Translations under genes and position numbers: made by a program
Shown: positions 18,497 to 28,682 of the stretch, in pieces
Layout: each line of letters starts with the position of its first letter
How positions within the stretch are numbered: position 1 is the stretch's first letter
The notes under the pieces: generated by a model
What the model saw: the letters and a program-made list of their open reading frames with translations, nothing else
What the model was told of the DNA's origin: nothing
Database searches by the model: none
DNA from: an uncultured Pseudomonadales bacterium
GTDB taxonomy: Bacteria; Patescibacteriota; Microgenomatia; UBA1400; PJMF01
DNA: 64,000 bases
Assembly: GCA_964447075.1 (NCBI GenBank)
Contig: CAYUQY010000001.1
Coordinates: 41,202 to 105,201 of the forward strand
Reading direction: 5' to 3'

Positions 18497-21289
18497 ATGC
18501 TCTCATTATTTAACAGGCTGCAGTTATGGTTTCTGCTGCAGCTTCAGAAACTAAGCTCCAGGTGGAGCTGGTATCGATCTCATCGCTCGTACAAGGTGCG
18601 CAAGTCATCCTCAACAGATCCTGAGCTCAAGAAGCTCAAGTGGATCAAGATTTTTCGCATTTTTTCTATTTTACTAGTTTTTGGGGTAGTGATAGCTTTC
18701 ATTGCTTTCTTGTTTCTCTTTGCTTGGTTCTCTCGCGATCTACCCAGACCTGGCCAAGTTGTGCGAAAAGATGGTTTTTCTACCAAGCTTTTTGATCGTA
18801 ATGGTGCTCTGCTCTATGATCTTCATGCAGATCAGAGACGTGATCCCGTGACTCTGGACAAAGTTCCGGAGTACTTGAAGTGGGCCACTATAAGTGTTGA
18901 GGATAAAGATTTTTACAAGCATCAGGGCTTTGATCCGCTCACACCTTTGCGCATGGGTTACTACTTTCTTAAGGACGGTAAAGTAATTGGTGGTTCAACA
19001 CTGACTCAACAGTTGGTTAAAAATGTTCTTCTGACCAACGAGAGAAGCTTCGGTCGCAAGTTTCGTGAGTTAGTTCTTTCGATACAGATAGAACAGACCT
19101 ATACCAAAGATCAGCTTTTAGAGATGTACATCAATGAAGCCCCATATGGAGGTACTGCATGGGGAGTTGGTACCGCTTCCAGACTTTATTTTGACAAACC
19201 TGTCTCTGAGCTGGGCTTGGTGGAGTCAGCCATTCTAGCGGGACTTCCCCAGCGACCTACAGCCTACTCTCCCTACGGTGGTAAGCTTGACGACGACGGT
19301 ACTCCTCTCTGGAAAGTGCGGAGTAAGGGAGTTCTGCGCAGAATGTTTGAGGATCAGCACATCAGCAAAATTGAGTATGATCAAGCCTTAATAGACTTAG
19401 AGTCAGTTGAGTTTAAGCGCCAAGCCAATGACCTTCAGGCCCCGCACTTTGTCTACTATGTGCGCGATCAGCTGATTGAGCTTCTAGGAAGCGAAGACAT
19501 GGTACTTAAGGGTGGCCTAAAAGTAACTACCTCACTAGATTTAAATCTTCAAAACGACACTCAACAGATTGTGAGTGACGAGATTGCCAAAGTCAGTGAG
19601 CCTTTTCACATCACAAATGGAGCAGCTGTAGTAGTCAACCCTGTCACAGGCGAGATCTTAGCAATGGTTGGGAGTGCTGACTACAACAATGATGAGATTG
19701 GTGGTAAGTACAACGTGATCACCAACGATGATCTAGGTAGACAACCAGGATCTTCGATCAAGCCACTCACCTACTTAATGATGTTGCGCAAAGGTTATAC
19801 GCCAGCATCTGTTTTGGCTGATGTGCCCACTATATTTACACCTAATGACTCGGCCAAAAAATACGAGCCCAAGAACTACAACGGTAAATTCAATGGTCTA
19901 GTTAATCTAAGAACTTCACTTGCCAGTTCTCTCAATATTCCTGCAGTCAAGTCGCTCGCTATAGTGGGTATTTCCGACTTTTTAACTCAAGCTGAGGATA
20001 TGGGTTTTGTAGGCTTGGCACCAACTCCAGAGAACTTATCAAGATTCGGCTTGGCCGTAACTTTGGGTGGCGCCGAAGTTCATCCTCTTGAGACAGCTAC
20101 GGCTTACTCGTCATTTGCCAATGGTGGGAGCAGAGTCGAGCCTGTCTCGATTCTCAAAGTTGAAGATAGAAGCGGCAACATTCTTTTTGAGCACCACAGC
20201 GTGACTGGTAGAAGAGTCATGAGTGAAGAAGAAGCTTTTTTGATTAATCATATGTTATCTGACAACGCAGCTCGCACTCTTGCTTTCGGAGCTAGCTCCC
20301 TGCTGAATGCTGGAACAGGTGTGGCTGTCAAAACTGGAACGACCAACGATCGTAAAGACAACTGGACAGTAGGTTGGAGTAAGTCAGCATTGGTGACTGT
20401 TTGGGTAGGAAATAATGACAACTCCCAGATGAAACAAGTGGCTTCAGGTGTCTCTGGTGCCTCACCGATTTGGCGCAAGATCATGAAGCATCTGATAGAA
20501 AATGGCTTCGAGACGAGTGAGTGGGTGATGCCCGAAGGTGTAGAAAAAGTAGAAGTAGATGTTGTTTCTGGATACTCTAAACATGATGAATTTCCTAGTT
20601 ATGAAGAGTATGTGATCAAGGGTACTCTACCTGCTCCACCTGACCCGATTCATCGTAAGGTCAAGCTCTGTCGTGGCGAGCGCAAGCTTGCGACTGATGC
20701 CAAGATCAATGCTGGAGACTACGATGAAAAAGAGATGATTATCCTCCAGGAGCTTGACCCATTTAGTCAGGACGGCGTCAATCGTTGGCAGATCGGGATC
20801 GATGCCTGGGCGGCAGGACAAGATGAGAAGTATCGCTTGCCCACTGAGTACTGCGGAGACTCCAGTGACATCTCAGTCAGAATGAGTCGTCCAGAAAATG
20901 AGCGCAAGTACGACAGTGAGGAGATTGAGGTAGAAGTCGATGCCGATTCTGGTGATGGGATTGAAAAAATTGAGATTTGGGTTGATGGCTCGATTAGGGA
21001 AACTGTTGGCGGTCGTACCTATCGAGGAAAGTTGCGCATAAATAGTGGTCAGCATGAGATTTTTGCTAAGGCTCGCAGCCGAGGCGGAAAAGAAGCTTCA
21101 TCCCAAATCATGAAGATAGGCACTGGTGGTCAGGACTGGAAGAAACCAGAGCCATCACCCTCACCTACTCCTCCACCACCTCCACCTAGCCCATCCATAG
21201 TACCCTCGCCGACTCCACCACCGACTCCACCACCGACTCCGCCAGCCACAGTACCACCGGCGACTCCTCCGGCCTCACCTGCTCCTTAA
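18497..21289 (+). CDS. Bifunctional class A penicillin-binding protein (PBP1A family) with Ig-like domain and Pro-rich tail
   Basis: EDKDFYKHQG, GGSTLTQQLVKN, QPGSSIKP (SxxK), SLN, KTGT. Confidence 0.95.
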   Translation: MLSLFNRLQLWFLLQLQKLSSRWSWYRSHRSYKVRKSSSTDPELKKLKWIKIFRIFSILLVFGVVIAFIAFLFLFAWFSRDLPRPGQVVRKDGFSTKLFDRNGALLYDLHADQRRDPVTLDKVPEYLKWATISVEDKDFYKHQGFDPLTPLRMGYYFLKDGKVIGGSTLTQQLVKNVLLTNERSFGRKFRELVLSIQIEQTYTKDQLLEMYINEAPYGGTAWGVGTASRLYFDKPVSELGLVESAILAGLPQRPTAYSPYGGKLDDDGTPLWKVRSKGVLRRMFEDQHISKIEYDQALIDLESVEFKRQANDLQAPHFVYYVRDQLIELLGSEDMVLKGGLKVTTSLDLNLQNDTQQIVSDEIAKVSEPFHITNGAAVVVNPVTGEILAMVGSADYNNDEIGGKYNVITNDDLGRQPGSSIKPLTYLMMLRKGYTPASVLADVPTIFTPNDSAKKYEPKNYNGKFNGLVNLRTSLASSLNIPAVKSLAIVGISDFLTQAEDMGFVGLAPTPENLSRFGLAVTLGGAEVHPLETATAYSSFANGGSRVEPVSILKVEDRSGNILFEHHSVTGRRVMSEEEAFLINHMLSDNAARTLAFGASSLLNAGTGVAVKTGTTNDRKDNWTVGWSKSALVTVWVGNNDNSQMKQVASGVSGASPIWRKIMKHLIENGFETSEWVMPEGVEKVEVDVVSGYSKHDEFPSYEEYVIKGTLPAPPDPIHRKVKLCRGERKLATDAKINAGDYDEKEMIILQELDPFSQDGVNRWQIGIDAWAAGQDEKYRLPTEYCGDSSDISVRMSRPENERKYDSEEIEVEVDADSGDGIEKIEIWVDGSIRETVGGRTYRGKLRINSGQHEIFAKARSRGGKEASSQIMKIGTGGQDWKKPEPSPSPTPPPPPPSPSIVPSPTPPPTPPPTPPATVPPATPPASPAP
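21209..21245 (+). repeat. 12-bp tandem repeat (CCGACTCCACCA, about 3 copies) encoding PTPP
   Basis: ccgactccaccaccgactccaccaccgactccgcc seen directly. Confidence 0.8.
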
Positions 21290-22738
21290 AGAAAAATATC
21301 CTGGCAGAAGTAAGATGAGTAAACCAATTTGTTGGGTGAGAATATAGTGGTCCAAACTGATGAGGGGCAAGAAAACTAACAGGAAGAGAACACGATGGAA
21401 ATTGAGTGATCTAGAAGAGTTAATTTCTGAGCCTAGATTATCTGACTTAACTTGATGCAAATTTGAATCTTCCAGCTCAATTTTATTATGTCTTAATGAA
21501 TCTTTTTGAAATGCCTTGGTTATGGCATCTGACATGACTACTGTTCCAGTTATCAAAGTCAGTATCCCTAAGACTCCAGTCTCAGCTAGGAGCAGAAGAC
21601 CCACATGATGGGCTGGCTGTAGAAATCTGATAGCGTCAGGCCAGATGATGCTCATACTTGAGGAAAAATCTTCAATTTTGGCTGTAAATGAGTTAAGTCC
21701 GACTCCAAAGGTTGGGTTAGAGAGAAACATCTTCCAGGCAACTTCGTTAAAGAAAATTCTTTTTGAGAACGATGTCTGATCTAGAAAGTTCCCAATGGTC
21801 AAAGAGTGTATAAGTTTTAAAACATTGGGTGACAAGAGATGAACAAGTAAGTATAAGTGGAGAGTTAAGTACAAGATAAGTTGGAGGTATTTTCTTTTGA
21901 TGTGGTTTAGGAATACTTTCCAGAAAAAAATAAATACTATGGCAAATCCAAGTGATATCCAGGCAGAAATGGACTGGGTGAGATAGAGAGTGATAAGACT
22001 AAGCGACCAAACTAATAGGTTTCGGATCGTAACAAGCAAGTTGTCAGAATCATCAGCTCTGCTGAGTTTTACTGTCGAGTCGTCTTGTTGAGTCAGAAGG
22101 TAAAAAACTAGGAGATAAATAACCAGGACACCTCCAAGAATATTAGGATGAGGAGTCGTGCCATAGGGAGAAATACGGTAGGTGTCGTCAATCTGCGCTA
22201 ATTGAATTCCAACAGATGCGTCCAAGCGAGTTTCACCTAAGTAGGAGTAGGATGGAAAAACACTTCTCTGGAGTTGGTACTGCAGAATACCCAAGCTTGA
22301 TTGGAAAAGCATGGTGATTACTACAGCCCACTTTAATAATTTGGGTTTAAAAACTTGTTTGTGATAGAGGCTAAGATAGCCAAATAAATACAGAGTCAAA
22401 ACTTTGGCAAAGTACCAAATTGAGACCACTGGAGTAGGACTCCAGATCTGTCTAGTTACAAGAGCTGCTAGGCAGATAAGCAAGAGGTTCGTTTTTTTAG
22501 ATGGCAATCTGACTTCACGATTTTTCCCCCGCCAAACTTCTTCTATGACCCATATGACTATCAAGAGCAGTATTGGTAAGTCACTGGCATACAGCTTTGG
22601 AATTAGATAATCTACGCGCAAGCCATGGACATAAGCAGAGCTTTCAGAGAGAGTTAAAAAAAGATTGGAAGGCGTGAGAAAGATGACTGAACAGATCAAT
22701 AAATTAACAAAGTACACATACAGTTGTCGTAACTGCAT
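21275..22738 (-). CDS. O-antigen ligase-like (Wzy_C) membrane protein
   Basis: Multi-TM; YGTTPHPNILGG, TQSISAW, PTFGVGLNSF, QPAHH..LLLAETG. Confidence 0.85.
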   Translation of the reverse strand: MQLRQLYVYFVNLLICSVIFLTPSNLFLTLSESSAYVHGLRVDYLIPKLYASDLPILLLIVIWVIEEVWRGKNREVRLPSKKTNLLLICLAALVTRQIWSPTPVVSIWYFAKVLTLYLFGYLSLYHKQVFKPKLLKWAVVITMLFQSSLGILQYQLQRSVFPSYSYLGETRLDASVGIQLAQIDDTYRISPYGTTPHPNILGGVLVIYLLVFYLLTQQDDSTVKLSRADDSDNLLVTIRNLLVWSLSLITLYLTQSISAWISLGFAIVFIFFWKVFLNHIKRKYLQLILYLTLHLYLLVHLLSPNVLKLIHSLTIGNFLDQTSFSKRIFFNEVAWKMFLSNPTFGVGLNSFTAKIEDFSSSMSIIWPDAIRFLQPAHHVGLLLLAETGVLGILTLITGTVVMSDAITKAFQKDSLRHNKIELEDSNLHQVKSDNLGSEINSSRSLNFHRVLFLLVFLPLISLDHYILTQQIGLLILLLPGYFSLRSR

Positions 22739-22779
22739 ATTTTTCTTCAGGCAGTCTGGTTATTGCTGACTCTGATAGC

Positions 22780-22866
22780 TTAGTGCATAGCTACCCACTT
22801 GAGGGCAATGAGAATTACTGCTACTACAAAGAGTACCACAAGAAAAATAACTGTGTTGCGATGCAT
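22780..22866 (-). CDS. Small single-TM peptide (28 aa), not in the ORF track
   Basis: MHRNTVIFLVVLFVVAVILIALKWVAMH; TACAAT -10 element 8 nt upstream of the ATG. Confidence 0.55.
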   Translation of the reverse strand: MHRNTVIFLVVLFVVAVILIALKWVAMH

Positions 22867-22921
22867 CTTAAGGTATTGTAGCCTGGTAGATAGGCTAGGT
22901 CAAACATGATGAAAAGTATCT

Positions 22922-24946
22922 CTAAGAGTTAGGTAAAGATGGAACTTTACCTACTAGTTTGCCCTGCCATTTTTTTTCAACTCTCTTGATAACTTCATCT
23001 CGAATTTTTGCTACTTGGTCACTGGCAATATTCTGTTCTGGATCATGGTAAATGAGGGAGAGGGAAGCATTGGCAGCATAAGAATTAGCAAATGTCACAC
23101 TAGAGAGTAATGGCGATAGTTGTGACAAATCATCAATTAGATATCCAATATTTGTCTTCTCTGGCATTGTAAAAGTAAGATCTTCAAGGACCATACTAGT
23201 CTTTGGGATAGGTTTGTACGCCGGATGAGTTTTTGATAGAGAAACTAGTGAGCCTATTGAGAGCTCAACTACGACATGTCCAGATCTATAAATGCCAATA
23301 ACTCCTAGGGAGCTCTTGCTATTCTGAGCGATGAGTCTGGCTGATTGGGAGTAGCCTGGTTTAGCTTCTAAATCTACGACGACGGAAAAGTTCTGAATAA
23401 AAAGCTGGTTGAGAAGAGCATTGAGGTCGCTTCGTACTTGAGGTAACTCTCTCTTGGAGACTAGAACAAGACTTAAATTTTCTAACGGTAATTTATTTTC
23501 GAGAGGCTCGTAAGTGTTGGCTACTTCAAAAACATCACAGAGCGCTGAGACTCCTGTACCTTGGTTGGCTAAGAGTATCTCTATCAGAGAAGGTACGAGA
23601 GAGCGTCTAAGATACTCTCTATCTGAAGTAAGGGGATTGAGGAGCTTGAGGTGAGAGTCGAGTGAGTACTCAGATTGTTGGGCAAGCTCGCTGCTGACCA
23701 TAGAGTAGGTGTAGACTTCTTGCCAGCCTATGGCAGACAAGAATCTCTTGAGTCTATTTTCGATCACAAAGCTGGTCCCTGTAGGCTTGATGACCGGTAT
23801 AGGTGTATTCATGATTTTGCTAGGTAAGTTGTGATAACCGTAGATGCGAGCTACTTCTTCTATAACTTCTGCAGGAATACACAACTCACTTCGATAAGTA
23901 GGGGGTGTAACCAGAATCTCATTTTTTTCAGCTAACACATGACAACCCAAATCTTCAAGTATGGAGGTTATTTTTGAGGTAGGTAACTCTAGTCCCATGT
24001 AGTCATAGATTTTTTGAAGAGGAACAGTGAGCTGCTGTGGAACTTTTTGACCTGGGAACTCATCGTATACCTTACTTGAGACTTGAGCCTTTGCTAGTTG
24101 CTTAAAAAATTCTACTCCAAGCTGAAGAGTAGGTAGAGCTAGTTCTGGATCAACATTCTTTTCAAGAAGTTGTGCGGCCACGGTACGAATTGCATGCGTC
24201 ATCGAGGCGAAACGCACTTTTTCTGCCTTGATAGACTCGATGAAAAGTAAGACATTTTTGGTAGAGTCTTGGATGGCAGAGTTGAGTGTGCCTTTGATGC
24301 TGGGTAAGTCTATTACTTCTCCCTTTTGGTTTTCAAACACTACTTCCCCACCCACAGTTGCGTACTCTGCTCCATCCAAAGTCGTCATTTTTTGTCCTTT
24401 TTTTGCTTCGACGACTCTTATTTCACCACCCAAGCTCATGATGGAGTCATAGTCAAAGGCGTGACAAGGATGGCCCAACTCGTGTGTGATGTAGTTGGTA
24501 ATATCGATCACGACATCGTGGACATTGATCTCAATTTGGCGTAGACGTTTGGCCATCCACTCTGGAGTTGAAGATCTTTGAACATTGCTCAAAACTACGC
24601 ATAAAGTTCGATTATTGAGTTTGGGATCATTGGTAATTTTAGGAAGAGGAAGTTCCCTACCTGATTGAGTCTGAGTAGTATTGGCAACCTCTAGTTTCTT
24701 AGCTGAAAATTGAGCTTTGATGCCGAACTGCTTGAGTATCACCGCCGCTTCTCGAGCTATGCCCATGACAGACATACTGTCAACGCGGTTGGTTGTGACC
24801 TCGATGTCGTAAACACTCTCCCCTTCTCGCTCGTAGATGCGCTCTACAGAAGGCCCGCAAAGCGAAAGATACTGTTGGATCTGCAGAGGTGTAGCCTCAG
24901 TGATGAGGTACTCGCGTAGCCAAGAGTCTGGGATGAGGATGTTCAT
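22922..24946 (-). CDS. pheT: Phenylalanine--tRNA ligase beta subunit (short form without the B2 OB domain)
   Basis: IEVTTNRVDSMSVMGIARE, DITNYITHELGHPCHAFD, VIEEVARIYGY, LRRSLVPSL. Confidence 0.95.
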   Translation of the reverse strand: MNILIPDSWLREYLITEATPLQIQQYLSLCGPSVERIYEREGESVYDIEVTTNRVDSMSVMGIAREAAVILKQFGIKAQFSAKKLEVANTTQTQSGRELPLPKITNDPKLNNRTLCVVLSNVQRSSTPEWMAKRLRQIEINVHDVVIDITNYITHELGHPCHAFDYDSIMSLGGEIRVVEAKKGQKMTTLDGAEYATVGGEVVFENQKGEVIDLPSIKGTLNSAIQDSTKNVLLFIESIKAEKVRFASMTHAIRTVAAQLLEKNVDPELALPTLQLGVEFFKQLAKAQVSSKVYDEFPGQKVPQQLTVPLQKIYDYMGLELPTSKITSILEDLGCHVLAEKNEILVTPPTYRSELCIPAEVIEEVARIYGYHNLPSKIMNTPIPVIKPTGTSFVIENRLKRFLSAIGWQEVYTYSMVSSELAQQSEYSLDSHLKLLNPLTSDREYLRRSLVPSLIEILLANQGTGVSALCDVFEVANTYEPLENKLPLENLSLVLVSKRELPQVRSDLNALLNQLFIQNFSVVVDLEAKPGYSQSARLIAQNSKSSLGVIGIYRSGHVVVELSIGSLVSLSKTHPAYKPIPKTSMVLEDLTFTMPEKTNIGYLIDDLSQLSPLLSSVTFANSYAANASLSLIYHDPEQNIASDQVAKIRDEVIKRVEKKWQGKLVGKVPSLPNS

Positions 24947-24960
24947 AGATTTGTCCTTAA

Positions 24961-26109
24961 TTACTTCTGGTAAGAGATGAATTGTTTGTAAATAGTATTT
25001 TGATGAAGAACTTTGGGTCGAGAGGTTGCTGGATCGATGGTAGTAGAAATAAATTCATATGTGAGTGCTAAGCATTTTTTACTATCTGAAAAAGGACATT
25101 CAGTTGGTCCGCGCTCTGACGGCGTGAGGGCGAGAAAACCATACTCACTTGCAGTGAAATCTGCAGGGTACTTGTCCACTGAAGTGCGTAGCGACGCTCC
25201 TCCAGTTCCGGCCACTAGGAGTCTAGTTTTACACTCTGATGAGTTATTACTTAAGAGCTGGTTGTCTTCCATGAGATGGGCGTGGCCAGAGATGTAGACA
25301 TCAGCATGAGCGCATAGTACTTCTTTTAAATCATCTTTACCTGTGAAGTTCTCACTAACTTTAGACTCCTCATTGCTGGTCATAGGTCTGTGTCCTATGA
25401 CTATTTGCCACTCTCTGAACTCTGGAGCTGTAAAGTACTTTTTATGATCATACTTGAGGGTATCAAGCAACCAGTCTAGCTGTTTTTGATCGAGGGATTC
25501 AGTATCGATGGTGGAAAACTCAACCAGACCAAAGGAGGTGAGGTAGTAAGCAGCTGGCATTTGCCAGTTGGTCACTTTACCAGTCATTTGGAGGTAGCAA
25601 TCTCTGCAGCCAAGGTAGTCGTGATTGCCGTAAGCTATGTAGAAAGGCAGATCTATATCTTTATATGGCTTGGTGAAGCGCTCAGTTATGATGGGATCAT
25701 CGATTGATTTGACACCCTCTTCATAGATAACATCTCCAGCGATAAAAATAGCTTGGCAGTTTTTTACCTGATCGCAGAAAGACTTTATAGTCTTGGCAAC
25801 AGTGTATTGATTGGCATCCCCAGAGCCTGTATCACCCATCACTATGTAGGTAGCAGGAGGAGTCAGCTGTACTGCGTCAGGGTTGGGTAGCTGCTGGACG
25901 GCTGGCAGTTTTTCTTTACTAAGATAAGGTTGGACTAAGGAAGGAAAATTTCTTACTCCCACCTGTACCCTTCTAAGCCACTTCGCATCCACTCCTGTGA
26001 CAGCCAAAAAAAGAAGCAAAACTACGATAGAGCCAATGAGCTTAGCGACCAGCTTGATTTTGAACATGTCCGATCTAACTGTTGGAGTGATGATGGTTTT
26101 GAGCTTCAT
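24961..26109 (-). CDS. Membrane-anchored purple-acid-phosphatase-type metallophosphoesterase
   Basis: GDTG, GDVIY, GNHD, VIGH, GHAH motifs; N-terminal TM. Confidence 0.85.
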   Translation of the reverse strand: MKLKTIITPTVRSDMFKIKLVAKLIGSIVVLLLFLAVTGVDAKWLRRVQVGVRNFPSLVQPYLSKEKLPAVQQLPNPDAVQLTPPATYIVMGDTGSGDANQYTVAKTIKSFCDQVKNCQAIFIAGDVIYEEGVKSIDDPIITERFTKPYKDIDLPFYIAYGNHDYLGCRDCYLQMTGKVTNWQMPAAYYLTSFGLVEFSTIDTESLDQKQLDWLLDTLKYDHKKYFTAPEFREWQIVIGHRPMTSNEESKVSENFTGKDDLKEVLCAHADVYISGHAHLMEDNQLLSNNSSECKTRLLVAGTGGASLRTSVDKYPADFTASEYGFLALTPSERGPTECPFSDSKKCLALTYEFISTTIDPATSRPKVLHQNTIYKQFISYQK

Positions 26110-26121
26110 GATGAGTGATGA

Positions 26122-27213
26122 TTAAAACTGCTCCAAAAATCTAGCTTCACCAGAATACATGAGGCGAATATCATCTATGTTAAGGCCTTTTTTGAGTGTG
26201 TAGGTGCGCTCAATTCCCCAGCCAAAAGCAAAGCCTGTATATACTTCTGGATCGATGCCACCGGCTTTTAGTACATTGGGATGGACCATGCCTGCTCCAC
26301 CCACTTCATGCCAGCCTGATTTGCAGAACTTGCATTTTCCACTCTTGGTATTGCCGGTACCTGAGCAGATGTGGCAGCTAAAGTCGACTTCAAATGAGGG
26401 TTCGGTGAACTGAAAGTGAAAGGGGCGAATGCGACTCTTGGTGCCTGGTCCATAGAACTGGCTGGCGAAGTAATCCAGAGTACCTTTGAGGTGTTGGATG
26501 TTGATGCCTTTGTCTACGACCAAGCCTTCGAACTGATGGAACATTTGAGTGTGTGTGGCGTCTTGCTGACGGCGATAGCAGCGAGCGATGTTGATCATTC
26601 TGATAGGTGGTGTGCTGTTGAGTCTCTCCATCTCACGGACTTGCCCATTGGAGGTGTGTGGAGTGAGGACTAGCCTGCCTCCACCTATAAGATCTGGGTG
26701 GCGCTTTCTGGGATTGGCAGCATCGTACGGCGTTGGTTGGGATTTATCTTCTTGTTCGATGAAAAAAGTTTCCCAGTCGTCACGCGCTGGATGATTTGGA
26801 GGCATATTAAGTGATTCGAATGGATACCAGTCCCAGTCCACTTCCGGATAGCGCACGCGAGTGAATCCTATGGTTTCAAAAATATGAGTGATCTCTTCCA
26901 TGGCTTGAGAGACTGGGTGCATGTGACCAACCTTAGATTTGGCTCCAGGCATGGTGAGATCAATTTGTTGATTGGCTTTTTTAGTCGTATTTTCGGAGTT
27001 GGTGATACTTATTTGAAGAGAGATTTTGAGCTCATTGAGAATGCGACCAGCTTCCTTTTTGTCATCGTTGCTAAATGACAAGAGTTGATCTGCAAGTTGG
27101 TTAAAAAGACCCTTTTTACCTAAGTATTTTTGACGAAGATCACTAGCAGATTGTTCTTGACTTAACTCTGATTTAATCATTTGTGAAGATTGAACTAGAT
27201 CTGATTTTGTCAT
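26122..27213 (-). CDS. pheS: Phenylalanine--tRNA ligase alpha subunit
   Basis: HPARDDWETF, FHQFEGL, FQFTEPS, GAGMVHPNVL, GFAFGWGIER. Confidence 0.97.
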   Translation of the reverse strand: MTKSDLVQSSQMIKSELSQEQSASDLRQKYLGKKGLFNQLADQLLSFSNDDKKEAGRILNELKISLQISITNSENTTKKANQQIDLTMPGAKSKVGHMHPVSQAMEEITHIFETIGFTRVRYPEVDWDWYPFESLNMPPNHPARDDWETFFIEQEDKSQPTPYDAANPRKRHPDLIGGGRLVLTPHTSNGQVREMERLNSTPPIRMINIARCYRRQQDATHTQMFHQFEGLVVDKGINIQHLKGTLDYFASQFYGPGTKSRIRPFHFQFTEPSFEVDFSCHICSGTGNTKSGKCKFCKSGWHEVGGAGMVHPNVLKAGGIDPEVYTGFAFGWGIERTYTLKKGLNIDDIRLMYSGEARFLEQF

Positions 27214-27246
27214 ATTTGACCTTTATTGAGGTATTGCTACGGGCAC

Positions 27247-27274
27247 ATTATAATTTTTTGATTTTGTGTCTCAA
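27247..27274 (-). promoter_or_regulatory. pheS promoter
   Basis: TTGAGA-N16-TATAAT. Confidence 0.6.
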
Positions 27275-27300
27275 GTATTTATGGCTCATTCTACTCCCTA

Positions 27301-27331
27301 AAACCAAAAACCCCACCTGCTTGGTGGGGTT
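27301..27331 (-). terminator. Intrinsic terminator after rplT
   Basis: AACCCCACC-AAGCA-GGTGGGGTT followed by TTTGGTTTT. Confidence 0.85.
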
Positions 27332-27354
27332 AAAGTTTCATTTTTGTTTGACTC

Positions 27355-27708
27355 TTACCCACCAGCTTGCTTAGCAATCTTGGTAAAGGTGGTAAAGTCG
27401 TGGACGGCAATGTCAGCTAGAACTTTACGATCTAGCAAGATATTGGCTTTATGAAGTCCTTGGATGAATCTGGAGTACTTGAGGGTATCGCCCATTTGAG
27501 TCAAAGCTGCATTGAGTCGAATGATCCAGAGCTTGCGCATGTCTCTCTTGCGCAGCTTGCGTCCAATGTAAGCATATTGGCCTGCGTGAAGATCAGCTTC
27601 TTTAGCGCGCTTGTAGAGGCGATTATTGGCACCTCTGAAGCCTTTGGTTCTTTCAAGAACTTTTTTGTGTCGACGATGTCTGACGATTCCAGTTTTTGTG
27701 CGTGGCAT
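27355..27708 (-). CDS. rplT: 50S ribosomal protein L20
   Basis: MPRTKTG, RKLWIIRLNAA, LDRKVLADIA. Confidence 0.98.
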   Translation of the reverse strand: MPRTKTGIVRHRRHKKVLERTKGFRGANNRLYKRAKEADLHAGQYAYIGRKLRKRDMRKLWIIRLNAALTQMGDTLKYSRFIQGLHKANILLDRKVLADIAVHDFTTFTKIAKQAGG

Positions 27709-27738
27709 AAGTCTCTTTCGAACTAAAGGTTGAGCTAA

Positions 27739-27948
27739 CTACTGTAGTCCCAACATTTGTTTAATCTTCTTGGCAAACTTGCCGGTGACTTCGATAGGAT
27801 TGCGATAGGCTCTAATGGCGCGCTTGCTTTTGTGTCTGCGTAAGTGACGCATGTTCTGGGCACGGCGAAGGACTTTACCTGTGCCTGTGATCTTGAAGCG
27901 CTTAGCTACACCTTTGCGAGTTTTTTGTTTGTACTTGTATTTAGTCAT
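27739..27948 (-). CDS. rpmI: 50S ribosomal protein L35
   Basis: KQKTRKGVAKRFKITGTGK. Confidence 0.95.
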   Translation of the reverse strand: MTKYKYKQKTRKGVAKRFKITGTGKVLRRAQNMRHLRRHKSKRAIRAYRNPIEVTGKFAKKIKQMLGLQ

Positions 27949-28564
27949 GTTTAGTTACTTTAGTGTTACTTGGTAGTTCTGTAGGCTTGGCTATTGGCTC
28001 TGGTTTTTCAATTTTTTTACTTTTTTTGATGGGCATGATTTGGGCAATCATTTTTTTACCGATCATCTTGGGCGACATCTCGATGCTAGCTATATCCTGT
28101 GTGCCATCGAACACTTGTTCAAAGATACCTCTGCCAAACTCTTGCTTGGTGATAGTTCTACCTTTGTACTCTAGCGAGAGTCGAACTTTATCACCTTTTT
28201 TCAAAAATTCAATAACTTTTCTGAGTCTAACTTGGAAATCTGCCTCACCTATGAAGGGAGTGAAACGAATTTCTTTGATTTCTTGCTTTTTATTCTTTTT
28301 CCGGCCTTCAGCTGCTTTTTGCTGCATCTGGTAACGATGCTTGGACAGCGTGATGATCTTGGCTATGGGTGGGTCGGAATGTTCAGTCACCAACACCAGA
28401 TCTTTATCTTCATCATGGGCTTTGTTGAGCGCTTCGCGAGTGCTCATGACTCCAACCATCTCACCCATCTCAGAAAGCACACGTACAGTCTCAGCGCGGA
28501 TCATGTGATTGGCAGTAACTTTTACGAAGTCTGTTTGCCGCTTAAATGGTCGTTTTCTAATCAT
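27941..28564 (-). CDS. infC: Translation initiation factor IF-3
   Basis: NHMIRAETVRV, DLVLV..PPIAKI, KEIRF, GDKVRL. Confidence 0.96.
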   Translation of the reverse strand: MIRKRPFKRQTDFVKVTANHMIRAETVRVLSEMGEMVGVMSTREALNKAHDEDKDLVLVTEHSDPPIAKIITLSKHRYQMQQKAAEGRKKNKKQEIKEIRFTPFIGEADFQVRLRKVIEFLKKGDKVRLSLEYKGRTITKQEFGRGIFEQVFDGTQDIASIEMSPKMIGKKMIAQIMPIKKSKKIEKPEPIAKPTELPSNTKVTKHD

Positions 28565-28682
28565 GTTGACGTAACTTGTGCTCCACGAGACATGGAGAGG
28601 TGGGTATTATCACATGGGAAGGGTCTTAAGGCAAGCGGGCTGATTGAGTTTGGTATGTTTGAGCTGGAGAGAATCATGGTAA

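Noticed and set aside
27214-27354. pheM-like attenuator between rplT and pheS
   Set aside because: Only a 3-codon uORF (MKL) with no Phe codons. The hairpin is a simple rplT terminator followed by a separate pheS promoter.
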